The notes under the pieces were generated by a model that saw nothing but the letters and a program-made list of their open reading frames with translations, did no database searches and was not told the DNA's origin. Below, piece after piece: positions 15,276-31,350 of a DNA stretch of 64,000 nt; positions within the stretch are counted from its first letter, which is position 1; every line of letters begins with the position of its first letter. A program made the position numbers and the translations under genes. The stretch is from Octopus sinensis (taxonomy: Eukaryota), in assembly GCF_006345805.1 (NCBI RefSeq), contig NC_043010.1, positions 21,390,001 to 21,454,000 on the forward strand, written 5' to 3'.

Positions 15276-15464
15276 CAGGGACAGAGTAATTTGATCTGTA
15301 CTTTCACATAGTCACTTGTGGCTTTTGTAGTTTGTGGCATGCATGTACGTAAGGCATGCGTACATATGCGGCTAGCATTTATGCAAATAGTACAGATAAC
15401 AAAACATGGGTGATAAAACATGTTTATTAACATCGTAATTTTCACACTTGTTTCCATACCGAAA

Positions 15465-15810
15465 TTAATCGACCCCGAAAGGATGAAAGACAAAGTTGAC
15501 CTCGGAGGAATTTGAACTCAGAGTGTAAAGACGGGGGAAATAACGCAAAGAAGTTTTCCGAGTATGCTTGTGATTCTATCAGCTCGCCGCCTTTTTCCTT
15601 ATTGCCCACAAGGAGCTAAACATAGAGGGGACAAATAAGGACAGACAAAGGGATTATGTCGATTACATCGAACCCAGTGCGTAACTGGTACTTATTTAAT
15701 TTAATCGAACCCGAAAAGATGAAAGGCAAAGTCGACCTTGCGGAATTTGAACTCAAAATGCTAAGCATTTCGCCCGGCGTGCTAACGATTCTGCCAGCTC
15801 GCCGCCTTTT
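15465..15810 (-). mobile_element. Two tandem SINE family B copies
   Basis: Minus-strand head GGCGGCGAGCTG(G)CAGAATC, B-box-like GAGTTCAAATTCC and the shared central domain, each present twice. Confidence 0.8.
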
Positions 15811-16317
15811 ACGTTCACATATTGATGTTGATATAATCGAGATTACTCTCCTCCTAACATTTGATGCGATGTACTTGTAATACAAAGCTATCTAATGCAA
15901 GATGAACGAAGGTAAATAGAATACAAACCGGAGATTCATTCAGAAAAAATTAGGGACATATTTCAGTTAAATAAATATACGATTCCAGTAAAGGATTCAA
16001 TATAATGCTGCCATATTTTGTCAATAGCAGTCAAATTTCATTTAAACTATATTGAGAGAAAACATATGATTAGGGAGAAACACGGTGTAATTCGTGGTTT
16101 AAAGGTTACAGTATTCGACATATTGAATATTCGTCTTGATGTTAGGAAGACATTTATAGAAGTGTATTTACTGAAAGATGAAAGGAAAGGTCGCCATATT
16201 CCATAATGTCGGTTTCTCTGTAGAGTGTATTGATTGAGAAGACAGAGAACATTCTGCTTATATATATATATGTGTATACATGCGGATATGTTTATATATA
16301 TGTATATATGTGTGTAT

Positions 16318-16356
<39 letters not shown>

Positions 16357-16903
16357 TGAGTGTGTATATATATAATTCAGTGTTATTGAATGTTATATTT
16401 ACACACACAGTGTAGCTCTCTCTCACTCTCCTTCTCTCTCTCAATATATATTTATGTGTTTGTCTGGGTGTGAAAAGGGGGGGTGAAGAAAGTGAGGGAG
16501 AGAGAGAAACAGAGAGAAAGAGAGAGAGAGAGAGAAAGAGAAATAGAAGCAGATATTATATAGCAATAAGTATATTTGTACTGAGATGCAAGTTGTGTTT
16601 CTTGATGTTGGTAGTGGAGGTTTTTAGCCCTCATTCAGATCTTGCCAGGTAGGTCTATTGATTGCGGTTTCACAGCAATCAATCCATCTCTCTAATCATA
16701 TGCAATATATCAACATATCTCAGTATCAATTATTATCAAATATTTATTTCATCATATCAACGTGGTTAGGTATGACTTTAGGAAGTCTGTGGCTGCTATT
16801 TCTAGTTGGCACTCAGCTTAAACGCATTCAGATAGATTCAAAGCTTCAAAGTAAAACTATACATACATACATACATACATACATACATACATACATACAT
16901 ACA

Positions 16904-16937
<34 letters not shown>

Positions 16938-17002
16938 CATACATACAGGTATATATGTGTATGTGTGTGTGTATTATGTAGATGAGGTTATAATCTAAGG
17001 AC

Positions 17003-17058
17003 ATCTGCTTATTCCAGTATTCCAAAGACACATCTGTTTATTCCAGTATTCCAAAGAC
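17003..17058. repeat. 29-bp direct tandem duplication
   Basis: CATCTG(C/T)TTATTCCAGTATTCCAAAGAC occurs twice. Confidence 0.85.
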
Positions 17059-17109
17059 GTATGCAGATAATATATTTGTGTGAGGTACGTATAAGAGTGG
17101 AAAATAGAA

Positions 17110-17442
17110 GGAAGACCCCCCTACGTTCCTGAATGACCGTGGGATTGCACCTAGAAAGTTCCCCTCCGAGGTACAAGTCTGGGCAAGGTTGTTTATAGAA
17201 GGCCAGCAGTCGCCCATCCATACCAGCCTCCTCTCTCCACACCACCGATGTTATCCAAAGGAAAGGCAAAGGGGCTGATACAGCTTGGTCCATGTGCCGT
17301 CGCAACTCATTTCTACAGCTGACTGAACTGGAGCAACGTGAAATAAAGTGTCTTGCTCAAGAACACAATACGTAGCCCGGTCCGGTATTCGAACTCACGA
17401 TCGTAAGCTCGACGCTCTAACCACTGGACCATATGCCTTCAC
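17110..17442 (-). mobile_element. tRNA-derived SINE, family C (CORE-like central domain)
   Basis: Minus: A box TGGTCCAGTGG, B box GAGTTCGAATACC, then TGTGTTCTTGAGCAAGACACTT...CAGCTGTAGAAATGAG. Confidence 0.75.
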
Positions 17443-17697
17443 ATTTTAATATAACTATATATCAAAACACGAGACTGGAAATACGTTTTGGTATTATTGT
17501 TTCACAATTTCACGTCTTTCATTTGCTAAGAGGAGTTACAAAATTGTACATGTAGGGAAAGTGTACAGGTCTGAAGATTTTCTAATGGATGTCTGAGGTG
17601 TTTCTCCTGCTTGGAAGTCCCTTTAGCCTTTTAGACAATGCAACACGTGTAAGGGTGAATAATATCAAAAACTGTGTCCAATCTTCTGTTTTGATAT

Positions 17698-17716
17698 CTA
17701 TCAATCTATCTATCTG

Positions 17717-17807
<91 letters not shown>

Positions 17808-17830
17808 GTCTGTCTGTCTGTCTTTCTCTC
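17698..17830. repeat. (TCTA)n microsatellite
   Basis: Direct reading. Confidence 0.95.
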
Positions 17831-18274
17831 TCTGTATAGACATACACACACACATATTTGTTTTTATGACAAGTTCTATAGAAAAGCCTTTAACACACCC
17901 CCAATCTAATGAGTGGTCTAATGGTGTCTGTGTGAAAATGTTCCCAATCCATCTCCCTCACTTATCTTTCTTTTCCTGTCACACGTACTCAAGCTGAGTG
18001 GCAAAAACTTCGGAATATTGAAAACCTCACATTCTGTCATCTTCTACAGTCATCTCATCTTCATTCTAAAAGACATTTACTTTTCTAAAGATTATGTTAT
18101 TCTTCTTGGACTTGTCCTTCATCAAAAGAATCAGTTCCTTCTAGATCAGACATTGAAACTATTAACAATTGCTGTATATTTCTTTTACGTCGCCCAGTAA
18201 TCAGGTTGAACTAAATTACTGATACGTTAGTCATCATTTTCGATTAACTTTTTCATTGCACTGTTCAATATACT

Positions 18275-18534
18275 GGTTTTGAATTTCGGCACAAGGCCAG
18301 CAACTTTGGCTGAGGAGGGTCTGTCGATTAAATCGGCTCCATTACTCAAATGATACTTTATTTTATTTATAGGCGTAAGAGTGGCTGTATGGTAAGTATC
18401 TTTCTTACGAACCACATGGTCCCGGGTTCAGTCCCACAACGTGGCACCTTGGGCGAGTGTCTTCTACTATAGCCTCGGGCCAACCAAAGCCCTGTGAGTG
18501 GATTTGATAGACGGAAACTGAAAGAAGCCCGTCG

Positions 18535-18632
<98 letters not shown>

Positions 18633-19012
18633 ATATATATATATATATACATATATATATCTGTGTGTATGTTTGTGTATCTGTGTTTGTCCCCTCACCG
18701 TCGCTTGATGACCGATGCTGGTGTGATTACGTCCACATAACTTAGCGCTTCGGCAAAAGAGACCGATAGAATAAGTACTATTATTAGGCTTACAAAGAAT
18801 AAGTCTATTTTGCTCGACTAAAAAATGCGGTGCTCCAGCATGGCCACAGTCAAATGACTGAAACAAGTAAGAAAGTAAAGAATAAAAGAGCAACTCCGAA
18901 AGGATGAAAGGCAAAGTCGATCTCAACAGTATTTGACCTTAAAATGTAAAGACGAACGAAATGCTGCAACGCGTTTTGTCCGGCGTGCTAACCATTCTGC
19001 CAGTTCGCCACC
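18275..19012 (-). mobile_element. SINE family B interrupted by a SINE family A insertion
   Basis: Family B 3' part at 18275-18370 and 5' part at 18891-19012. Confidence 0.75.
18371..18890 (+). mobile_element. Full-length SINE family A with internal (TA)n
   Basis: A box TGGCTGTATGG, B box GGTTCAGTCCC, ACCTTGGGCGAGTGTCTT, (TA)n, then a 3' half ending CAGTCAAATGACTGAAACAAGTAAG. Confidence 0.88.
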
Positions 19013-19669
19013 ACATAGCAGTCGACATACAAGGCCCTTCAAAACATTGGCAAACCTATTTTACGCCGGATTTTGTTGCACTTTTTTCCTCTACTCTTGT
19101 TATTTCTTGAACGATTTATACATTCGTTTGTGTCCAGTCTTATCAAGAAAATGGTTCGACGATGACAAGTGATGTCTGCAAATTCCAATGCAATTACCAT
19201 AAACGTTCGATCGGTGAATAGAAATTCTACGAGACTATCTCAATGATTGTTGCTTACCGAATCTGATTTAAATTTACCCAAACGATGATTGGTTGCCAAA
19301 TGTGACGCGTTCGTGCCTTCACTTTGATTGATCGCCGAAATTGGAATGATCGTGTCTCATTGCTGACTGGGAACGAAAAACGACCTGGTCACATTTTAAT
19401 GCTGATTGGCTGTTGAATGTGATGTAAGAAATTCCGTTTCAATTTCCATACACCGGAACTGTATATACTTTTATATTTATATAATGTAAACGAAATATTA
19501 ATTGTCAAATAAGATAATTTAGACGAACGGATGAACTATCATTACAAAATGATTAAAAGAAAGTAATTACAAGCGGGAAAATGGCATAAAGCCAAAGAAC
19601 AATAACTGTAAGCCTATCGACCAATGGCGTTCACGCAAGCGCCTGCCCACACACACACATGTACACACA

Positions 19670-20075
19670 GGCGCAGGAAGAATGGCTGTGTTGTCAAAAA
19701 TTTGTTTCGCAGTCACGTGCTTTCGGGCACGTGATTTCCATCATGCGGTATTCTGTAGTTTCCTCCTTCAGCCATGCGTCGCAATCAATTCCTTGTTAGC
19801 GAAATCGGTTAATGGCAATGGCAAATGTTTAGATTCACATCGTATCATGCTTGTGTATACCTCTGTGTGTGCGTGTCTTTTTCTTTATTTGTCCCCTTGT
19901 TTGTGTGTTTGATTAACAATCTGTGTCGGTTTGTTTACATCCCACCGTGGCTTTAGTGGTTAAAAAAACAGCGATACAAGTAGCAAACTAGAAAATAAGT
20001 GGATTTGGTCAATAAAACCCAGGAATAAGGTGCCACAGAAAGGCCGCTGTCTAATGACTGAAGAAAGTAAAGAAA
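19670..20075 (+). mobile_element. Old, degraded SINE family A
   Basis: GGCGCAGG...TGGCTGTG head and ATGACTGAAGAAAGTAAAG end; the middle is diverged. Confidence 0.55.
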
Positions 20076-22981
20076 TACATATAAATGTATGTATGTATGT
20101 ATGTATGTATGTATGTATGTGTAAGAGAGAAGACTAATATATATGTATGTATGTATGTATGTATATATGTATGTAGGTCTCTGTATGTGTATGCATATAT
20201 GTGAATGTTCGTATGTTCGTTTATTTTTACCAATATTGACGTTCATACCGTTATATCATGTTTGGGGCTCTCTTATTGGTAATATCGCATTTTAAGGTAA
20301 TATAAACACACCTCAGATATGAATCTGTTTATTATGTATAGTTACCGCGAGGAAATAACAACAACACAACCCAACAACTGTAATGGAACCAGATAAGCAC
20401 GACAGAATAATCCGTGAATTGAATCCATCTTTCTTCACTAAACGAACTAAAAACTTCGTGGAAGACATCAGTGTCATGTCTTAATATTTACGCATCCCTT
20501 TTAACCAAATTTCTATGTAAATTAACAAATGAGAAACCAATATGCTATATTTCTCCTTGTATTTACATTAATGTTGAAATATTAATATTCATAAATGTAA
20601 AAGTTACACACATGTGCCCCTTGGGTGAGTCATCGATCGAAGTTTGGATTGAACTTTGCACTGAGTAGTACGTGCTGTTTCATTATGTTTGTATATTTCT
20701 ATTAAATATAATAAATGGAAAATAAACAGTAGTAAATACAGAATAACATTTTCTGAAATGTAAGTATGGATGAGAAAAGGAATTGATAAGTATCGAAATA
20801 GATTGAACGCATAGCTACAAAATATAAAGACAACATTATAATAAAACGTGGAGAGAAAAAAAAAAGTATGAGAAAAATGAGATATAGGATTGAGAGAAAA
20901 TATTAGAGAAAGAGGGAGATGTAGAAAGAAATAGAGAAATACTGACGAGGAAAATGAATGCTAGTGAGTGAATGCGAAATGGAAACTACGAAAGCGAAGA
21001 GTGGGGTGCATAAATTGTACATTATTACGGAACAATAATAAATGAGTTGAATAGCAGAACATGTGCAGGTGACACAACGTCGGTGCAAAAGCTTCGTATT
21101 AAAAGGGAAGTTTGAGTGCATATTAAATTTAGAAATTCAGGAATGCAGAAGGTTAATACATGGTGTTTCACTATGGCAAAAATTCTGAGGTAATCATAGT
21201 GTTAAGTTATGATTGGGTTCAGTTACTGAAGGAAAAAATATTTCCGTCTTGTACCTGAAATTAATCTAAAGTTGACTTCAGCAGGTGCATTTTACAAATA
21301 TTTGAGAAATCATTAAATTTTAATCCGATAGTGTTTTTCGTTTTCAGTGGTAAAACTTGAATTTTCATCTGAACGTAACTGAACGACAAACGACATACAA
21401 ATATATTTGCAGGTTGAGTTTGATTACTTCTCCATCGATACGTGATGAATTATCTCCCTGAAATGTTCTAAAAGTTAGTAATTCAGATTAAATATTTTGC
21501 TGGGTATTTCAACCTCATTTTAATTAACTATACTGGGCCCGGTTAGTATACATGACTATCTTAATAATCACTCTAACTCTCTATTAAAACAAAACCACTA
21601 ACTAATATGTTGCCGTCGCATCTCACACATAACTACGATCTCGAAAATCCTCTATCTTAGATATAAAATACATACGTAGTTTTGTTATTACTATAAATGA
21701 TGTGTTTGTTCAGCACTTGGTCAGCAGTGATCCAGCAGATAAAGGATCAAAGAGGATTTTGTCGCGACTCTCTACCTCCTATTTTTGTCTGCTCTGGATA
21801 ATGAACCCACGATGAATGTGACGGGTATGTTTTCCTTTTTTGTTGTAGAAGAATATTGTGTGTGAGTAAGATTCGGCTGCTATGTTGAGCAGAACGGAAT
21901 ACCACGCAGCGGTGCCCTCGTTAGCTTTGCATGGAAGAAATATATAGTTTCCTCTGGTATCTGACTTGTGCATAAAATTGTTCTCAAAGCCCTTGCTAAA
22001 TTTATGACAAGTTTCTTATTTCCAAAGCTTATAATGCTATCAGCTTCAGAGTAGTCCAACCCTAGATTTCGACATTCGGTGATGTGTACATGTCAGCATT
22101 TGTTGTGAGAAATATGTTTTGAGTAGTTTAATGCAAATTTTCAAACAATTTAAAATGACTACACATGTGTTGTTTATAGTTTTGGTGCAGTAAATATTAT
22201 TAACAGATTTTACATTACAAAATTAGAGGACCATTTATGTGTAGAAGAATACATTTCGCAGGTAACGGTGTATACCAAGCATAGCTAAAAAAGGTTTCGC
22301 GTAACTGATTTTGACGGAGGACTAATTATGTATGAAAATACATTGAAGTCAACTGTGATGAAATGGGAAAATATTATCAAGTTTAAGTTGAAGAAAACAG
22401 CCTCAGCAATATATCTTTGGGTTATGCATAAGAAAATAAATACACTGATTTACTAGTCGTATATTTTTCTCCGGGCAAAAATCCTTGCTTCTTAACATTT
22501 AAAACAAAGTGGTTTAACAAGAGACATATAGACAGATATACCGATTGCGAGAACTACAAAGATACGAACACAGCTTCACCCTAAAAAAATGCAGACAAAA
22601 TCGCAAAAATCTATGAACCATTTATATATCACCTGTGTTCATATTAATCTAAAAGTTTACTGAAACGGCCCACTATTAATGTTGAGTGATTTTTTCCGTT
22701 TTAATTATAAAGTTTGATACGTTATTAATGGAAAACCTGAATGAATTTTGAATGTTATTGAGCGCTCTACTGGGACAAGGCCTGAACACTTGTGTTATTT
22801 GACAAAATGGTATTTCTAAGGTGTATTGTAAATAATCCAGTTGAATTTCTATCGTTATAATTTTCTCTTTTTATGTTGATAAACTTTTGTATATCTATTG
22901 TAATTCTCCCTTTGTAATATCGCTTTGTATTCAGGAAATATAGAAACACATAGTTTTCTTTCAATTTAACACATGGCGCAG

Positions 22982-23095
22982 TAGACAAGTGTCTTCTACT
23001 ACATCTTCAGGCCAACCAAAGCCTTGTAAGTAGATTCGGCAGACGGAAACTGGGAGAAGCCCGTCGGATATACACACACACATACACTTAAACCC

Positions 23096-23140
<45 letters not shown>

Positions 23141-23575
23141 GTGACAATTATTCGGTTGCCATAAGAAAACTCCGAGTTTCGGATGTCGGGCTGGAAATCT
23201 GCTCCGGCATCTAGTCAGTTATTAAGACAAGATGCCAGAGCAGATTTCCGCCCCGACATCTGAAACTCGGAGTTTTCTTATGGCAACCGAGTAATTGTCA
23301 CATATTATATTACAGATAAATTCCTCTATTTACATAATATCGAGGTCTCATTCCTTCTTTTGTTGTCATACTATTACTATTTATACATATATATATATAT
23401 ATATGTATAAATATATAGGCGCAGGAGTGGCTGTGTGGTAAGTAGTTTGCTAACCAACTACATGGTTCCGGGTTCAAGTTTACTGGGCTTAAGTACGGGG
23501 TCGATTTGCTCGACTAAAGGCGGTGCTCCAGCATGGCCGCAGTCAAATGACTGAAACAAGTAAAAAGAAAAAAAA

Positions 23576-23648
<73 letters not shown>

Positions 23649-23860
23649 CATGCATATGTATGTGAGTGTATTCATGTGTGGGCTTGCGTATTTTGTCCCC
23701 ACCGTCGTTTGACAACCGATGTTAGGGTGCTTACGTCCCCGTTAGCTAGCGGTTCTAGGTTTACAAAGAATGAGGCCTGGCATCCTCGATTTCCTCGACT
23801 AACACCCTTTAAAATGTTGCTTCAGCGTAGTCGCAGTCAAATGGCTGAAACAAGTGAAAG
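22982..23860 (+). mobile_element. SINE family A whose internal microsatellite holds an H1 hairpin and a second, internally deleted SINE A (23418-23578)
   Basis: 5' part at 22982-23066 and 3' part at 23680-23860. Confidence 0.7.
23134..23382. mobile_element. PLE-derived hairpin insert, family H1
   Basis: Inverted repeat ~23134-23216/23226-23309 plus a tail to ~23382, flanked by (TA)n. Confidence 0.85.
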
Positions 23861-23922
<62 letters not shown>

Positions 23923-23947
23923 ATGTATATATATATGTATATATATG

Positions 23948-24254
23948 GACCGCGTTTAGTCGAGGAAATCGACCACAGGACTTATTCTTTGTAAGCCTAG
24001 TACTTATTCTATCGGTCGCTTTTGCCGAACCGCTAAGTTACGGGAACGTAAAGACACCAGCATCGGTTGTCAAGCGATGATAGGTTACACATGTACACAC
24101 GTACATATATACATATATACAACAGGCTTCTTTCAGTTTCTATCTACCAAATCCACTCACAGGCAATAGTAGAAGACACTTGTCCAATGTGCCACGCAGT
24201 GGGACTAAATCCGAAACCATGTTGTTGGTAAGCAAGCTACTTACCACACAGCCA
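23948..24254 (-). mobile_element. SINE family A
   Basis: Reverse complement of the family A head and 3' half. Confidence 0.8.
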
Positions 24255-25007
24255 ATCGATTTATGTTCCCGGAATTTGTTAATTTCTGTTCGTATTAGTG
24301 TTTATCGATGGTTCTTCTTCGACATTGGTTCTTAACGCTTATGAAGATCCAGTGGTCGTTATAGGAGAGCAGAAATTAATAATATAATATTTAAAAACAG
24401 TATGAACATAGAAAAATCAATTTATTTACATAATAGTCAATTTCATGTCGCCTACGTACGTTTCAATTCCCTCCTTCATTCAATTTTACAATTAAATTTG
24501 CATTATGAATTTAAAAGGTAAAACACACTTCATGGCAAAATATGATATATTTTCATATATATTCATTTACATCGTAATGGAAGGAGAGCTCCTTACATAC
24601 TAAATACAAGCATTTGTGTGTGTATGTGTGTGTATGTGTGTGTGTGTGCTTGAATGTGTCAGCATGTGAGACTTTGGATTCCATTCAAAAAACATCTATA
24701 GGTTCAACTTCGACCCTAATAAACAATGGACATTGTCTACTATGGTCGTAGGTTAACATCTGGCTATTTTTAGAGCGAAATGCAGGGTTAAACTACGATC
24801 ATAGTGGACAATAGCCATCGTCTACTATAGTCGTAGTTTAACCTCTAACTGGATTGGTAGACGGAAACTGAAATAAGACCGTCGTATATGTATATGTGTG
24901 TATAGGTCTGTGCGTTTGTGTTTGTCCCCCCCATCGCTTGACAACCGATACACACACATACATATATTCACATGCACACACACACATATATATATACACA
25001 CATATAG

Positions 25008-25039
<32 letters not shown>

Positions 25040-25308
25040 GTATACACATAACTGTATATACACAACACACACACAAAGGTATTTTTATATATCTTTGTGT
25101 GTGTGTTTGTTCCCCACCCCGCCCAACGACAGGTGTTGTTGTCATTACGTCCCTCTGACGTGAATATTCTGCAAAATGGACACGTTTGAATTGAAAAGTA
25201 CTGCGATTTGTTCAGCTAAACTCTACAGTGCCTTGCCCGAGCAAGGTGACAGTCCAATGACTGAAAAAAGGGAAAGAATAAAAGTGTAAAGGTGTGTGTG
25301 TTTATATG

Positions 25309-25383
<75 letters not shown>

Positions 25384-25454
25384 GTAGATAGAGATAGAGA
25401 GTATATACATTTATATGTGTGTGCCTGAGTGCTTTTAATATTCAAATAGATACT

Positions 25455-25853
25455 TTTATTTTCTACTCTAGGCACAAGGCCAGAAATTTTGGTGGGTGGG
25501 GCCAGTCGATTACATCGAACCAGTACGCAAATGATACTTAATTTATCGACTCCGAAAGGATGAAAGGCAAAGTCGACCTCGGTGGAATTTGAACTCAGAA
25601 CATAAAGACAGACGAAGTACCTATTTCTTTATTACCCACAAGGGGCTAAACATAGAGGGGACAAACAAGGACAGACATAGGTATTAAGTTGATTATATCA
25701 ATCCCAGTGCGTAACTGGTACTTAATTTATCGACCCCGAAAGGATGACAGGCAAAGTCGACCTCAGTGGAATTTGAACTCAGAACGTAGCGGCAGACAAA
25801 ATACCGCTAAGCATTTGGCCCGTCTTGCTAACGATTCTGTCACCTCGCCGCCT
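25455..25853 (-). mobile_element. Two tandem SINE family B copies
   Basis: Two GAAAGGATGA(A/C)AGGCAAAGTCGACCTC...GGAATTTGAACTCAG cores, with a head at ~25850. Confidence 0.82.
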
Positions 25854-26057
25854 CTCAAATTGAAATATAGCCAGCATTATCACATACTTCTTTGTGTGTG
25901 CGTATGTGCGCGTCTGTCTACCTTCCTCTCGCTCTCTATGTATGTATATTTATATACACTCACATATATATTTAGGTGTGTGTATGTACACATACATATA
26001 TATCAGATAACGTTACGTATATGTAAATTTAAAATGAGAGCATATATATATATATAA

Positions 26058-26728
<671 letters not shown>

Positions 26729-26802
26729 TATATATGCATATATATCTATATATATATATATATTTGTGTATATATATATGTATATGTATATGCCTGTGTG
26801 TG

Positions 26803-27010
26803 TGTGTGTCTGTGTTTGTGCCCCCAACATCGCTTGACAATCGATGCTAGTGTGTTTACGTCCCCGTAACTTACCAGTTCGGCTAAAGTATGCGATATGA
26901 TAAGTACTAGGCTTACAAAGAATATGTACTGGGGTCGATTTCTTCGACTAAAGGCGGTGCTCTAGCATGGCCGCAGCCAAATCTCTGAAAAACGTAAAAG
27001 AATAAAAGAA
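26803..27010 (+). mobile_element. SINE family A, 3' half
   Basis: TGTGTTTGTGCCCCCAACATCGCTTGACAA...AAAAGAATAAAAGAA. Confidence 0.8.
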
Positions 27011-27143
27011 TATATCTTATCAGTATTCACATACATATATGTATGTATGTATATATATATATATATATAATGTGGCCCCAGCACGGCCGCGGCCTTCGGG
27101 CTAAAACTTTTGTAAGGATTTAAGGATATATATATATATATAG

Positions 27144-27176
<33 letters not shown>

Positions 27177-27871
27177 GCAGAGCGAGAAGTAGCTATATAC
27201 ATACATACATACATACATACATACATAATACATCATACATACATACATACACATATGCATATATGCATTTATATGTGGAGGTAAAGGTGAGAGCGAAATA
27301 GAGAGGGAAAGAGTGAGAAAGAGATCTATAGATTTCAAAACAGAATGGAGGGGAAGAAACAGCTAGATCCATATAGACTCACGTATTTGTAAACCAATCG
27401 AATTAATAGTTATCATTTTTGTGTTGACGATTCGTTTACCCATCGCCCCTTACACACATTACAGAACGCACAGAAATACAGACGCATTCCACACACATTC
27501 ACGCAGTGTATGTGCAAGCAGACATATATATTTTTTTAATCTATCAGAATTTTCTAATTAAAATATTCCGAGCAGAAATAATTGGCCACGATGACTTGAA
27601 TGTAATAAAAAAGAAAACTATAAAATACTGCGATACAACTCAGAAAATAAACAGCCAAACAAGCCATGCAAATCTTAGTTGGTAAAACATACCTGAAAGC
27701 TACCGACTAATACGTTAGTCATGTGACGTGCACCGAGAGACCTTGCTAAATCAAAGAGAACAGAACTGAACAAAATGGAAGACGATTTGAGCAGAAAACG
27801 AACATGGAAAATCATATACACAGATATATGAATGTATGTACCTAAGTTTACATACACTCACAGACATATAT

Positions 27872-27920
<49 letters not shown>

Positions 27921-27958
27921 ATATATATAATATATATTATATATATATATATATTATA

Positions 27959-28044
<86 letters not shown>

Positions 28045-29023
28045 ATATACATATATATGTATGTATATATGTATATATATATGTATATGTATATATACAT
28101 ACATACATATATATATATATAAATATATACACGCACGCATTCACACGCGCGCACACACATACACACATACGTACATATATATAGTAATACTAACATGTAT
28201 ATACACAGAAATGTGTATGAATATTGTGTATAGACATAAAGAGTAAATGAGAGATTCATTATGAATATTTGTATGTGTGTGTGTGTGTGTGTGTGTTTAT
28301 ATGTGTGGATGTATCTACTTGCCAATGTGTATGTAAACATAATTTTTATAGAATTTTAAAGCAAAAGTTTTATGGAAAGTGAAAAAAGTAAATAACCTCC
28401 AAGGTAAAATCAAATAATAAAAAAAAAACAGAGAGAGAATCTAGGAAGGTCAAAGGTCGACGTTGATATCTCAAGTGAACCTAATTGCTCTCGTATGTCA
28501 ATAAAGATAATGATTAGTGATCTTGTAGCTGCAATACCAACTGAAACGTGATTTTATTTTCAGTCTTGAATTGAAAATCTGAAAATGACATTAGATACGA
28601 TGCTGTAGTCCTGAAACTAACCAAAAGAAAAGCAAGGAAAAGGAAAACGAAATAAATTGGAGTAAATAGGGAAGAAAAATGGTAATGAAAGCGACTCAAG
28701 TGTATTTGATATCACGGACACCATCTGTACGGACGCTGATTATTTGGTAGCAAGAGGATTAACATAATCACGTATTAGTATGCGATTAGCAACCTATGTT
28801 TCTTTACTGTTCGATATTTCAGTCAATGAAGTCGAGCCATTCCGGGCCGCCGTTTTGAAGAATTTGTTGATTGTATAACCCCAGCAGGATGCGATTCAAT
28901 TTGCCACTGTTGCATCGATTCTGTATTGCTCGAGACATTAACTTGAGGGTTATAAACAGCAAATCATTTTAGGCTGCTATACAAATAAACAGAAACGTGG
29001 CCACACAGTAATTCACACACACA

Positions 29024-29080
<57 letters not shown>

Positions 29081-29787
29081 ACTCACAATCACGCACACAC
29101 GTACAAACACACACACACATTATATATATTAACAATTTTCGATGTAAATAACAGAATGCAAAATATAATTAATTATTTTATTTTAATTTTTTTTGTCAAT
29201 GAAAGATTAGAAAGTGGAAACAGTTTGACATTTTGAGATGAAGACTTTCTGAAAAGAGAAAAATTGAGTTGTTTTGTGGCCAGTCTTGTTAAAAAGACGG
29301 AGTTCAGAAGATAAGAAGTGACCTAGGCGGAATGAGGCTTCATAGGAAGAGAGCTAATAGTTTCCAAATTATGTATGTACGGGTATGTATGTGACATAGT
29401 TTTACTCTGCGAGCAGTGAACCCTGTGTATATGTAGAAGTGTATATACAACTGCACGTATAATGACGTGTAAACACCCATGTGTGAACAAAGTCCAGAAC
29501 ATCCCACTTCAAACGGACTGAGTGTTCGAGCACAACAAACTGAACGTGTGATCTGTAATTGATGTTCTATGATCATCTGATACATGGATACTTAAGAAGA
29601 TAATTAATTTATATATATTACATATGAATATCACAGAAAATATATGATAAAATATGATTAAGACAAAACTAAACAGTGCACCTCTTATATAAATCAGCGC
29701 GGAAGAAGGAACGAAAGAGCCGAGGGCTTTTGGCGAACGATTCAGAAATGATTACCATTAGAAACCTAGTTTATCATTTATGCTATT

Positions 29788-29990
29788 AAAGGCGATGAGT
29801 TGGCAGTATTGTTATTAAAGCGTCGAATAAAATATCTTTCGGTATTTGTTATGATTTAACATCCCACCGGGGTCAACTTTGCTTTTATCCCGCTGGGTTT
29901 GATAAAATAATGTTCTAGTCTTGTACTGGAATCGAAAGTAGTGACTGAACCCTTTCTTTCAAAATTGCTGGCGGTTTTTCTATATCAGAA
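29788..29990 (+). mobile_element. Degraded SINE family B
   Basis: AAAGGCGATGAGTTGGCAG head and GGTCAACTTTGCTTTTATCC core. Confidence 0.6.
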
Positions 29991-30299
29991 ATCGAAATAG
30001 ACTTTTTAATACAATACAACGAATGAGATAATTTGGGAAAAAATGGTTATTAAAAAAGCTAAAAATAACACAATTTAACTATTTCTAGGCATAAGTCAAT
30101 CATCAACAACAAAAAATTGATGAATTAAATGGAATTTATTGTGATCGCTATTCGAAAAAATATTTCGTATCATAAACAGTGAGTTACGTGATTGCAGTTA
30201 CTCTGAAAAAAGTTACCCTAACCCGAAAGGCTCATCTCTTTATGTTAGTGTCCAAAACAACACAATTGAAAAAGAACCGCTGCAGCAATAAAAAATTCC

Positions 30300-31350
30300 A
30301 TTGCAGTTTTGCATTTATGCTGCACAGCAATACGATAACCAAAGCACGCAAGTATTAGAAAAGATACACGCTAGCTGTGGAGAAAATGAACAAAGAAGAA
30401 AAAATAACACAACCAACGAAGAAGCGAACGAAGGTAAATCCATAAAGAGATGCATAGCATTGAAAAAAGTTGGACTTACAGACAGACTTCTGCTTGGAAT
30501 ACAGCAAAACATCAAAACATCTGACCACATGTAAAAACGGTCTGCAACTAGTGAATGAAAAGATTACAACAGAACCAGCTACAATAGAGAAAAATAATGC
30601 AACACAGTATTACCTGGCCGACCACGCAAGCAGTAAAGGAGAACTCAAACCAGATATCAGAACCAGCCAAACAAGATACTAATAAGGTAAAATAGCAAAT
30701 CAAATAAGAGAGGAAAATGAAAACCTGCCAGAATATTGAAGACAATAGCATTCTCTATAGACATATTCAAGCAGATAGATAGGCACCGCTCTCTTTTATC
30801 ATCGAACTCCACGCTTAACAAAAACAGAAAAAAGACTCATGTCAACAGATCAAGCAGATTTAATGTTGAGGTGGGTCCCAATGGAAAAATATAGGAAGTA
30901 AAAGAAAACATTGTAAAATCGATGATCGAGGAACCACGTAAACAACTTCCCAAGCTACAAAGGAATAAACAGCTCCAAGAAATAATAAATAAATATAATA
31001 GGGTCTCGCAAGAACCTGTGTTCATGGTACCGAATTGACCGAAAATTGGTAGAGTGAATAATATGATCTATTCAGCTGCAGTGGTTGTATCACAGAAAAG
31101 GGAACTTGATCGTAATAGAGATAAAAGTTCCGCCATAATCTACACTCATGAATGAAGGGAAAATATATATAGAACTGACAAAAGGGAAGGACTAGCCTTA
31201 TTTAGCAACTGGAAATGGAGGGATCCAATAGGTATTCAAAATATAAAGATAAACATTATCGAACAATACAATGTCAATAAAGAGAGACTACTCTGGAAGC
31301 AAAGAGAAAGACAAGAATACCATGAAAAACATCCAGAATAAGGGTGCTTT
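30300..31350 (+). pseudogene. Possible highly decayed N-terminal region of an R4/Dong-like non-LTR retrotransposon
   Basis: Purine-rich + strand with fragments RKQLPKLQRNKQLQEIINKYN...NNMIYSAAVVVSQK...PP*, which resemble my recollection of R4-clade N-terminal motifs. Many stops; no search was run. Confidence 0.3.
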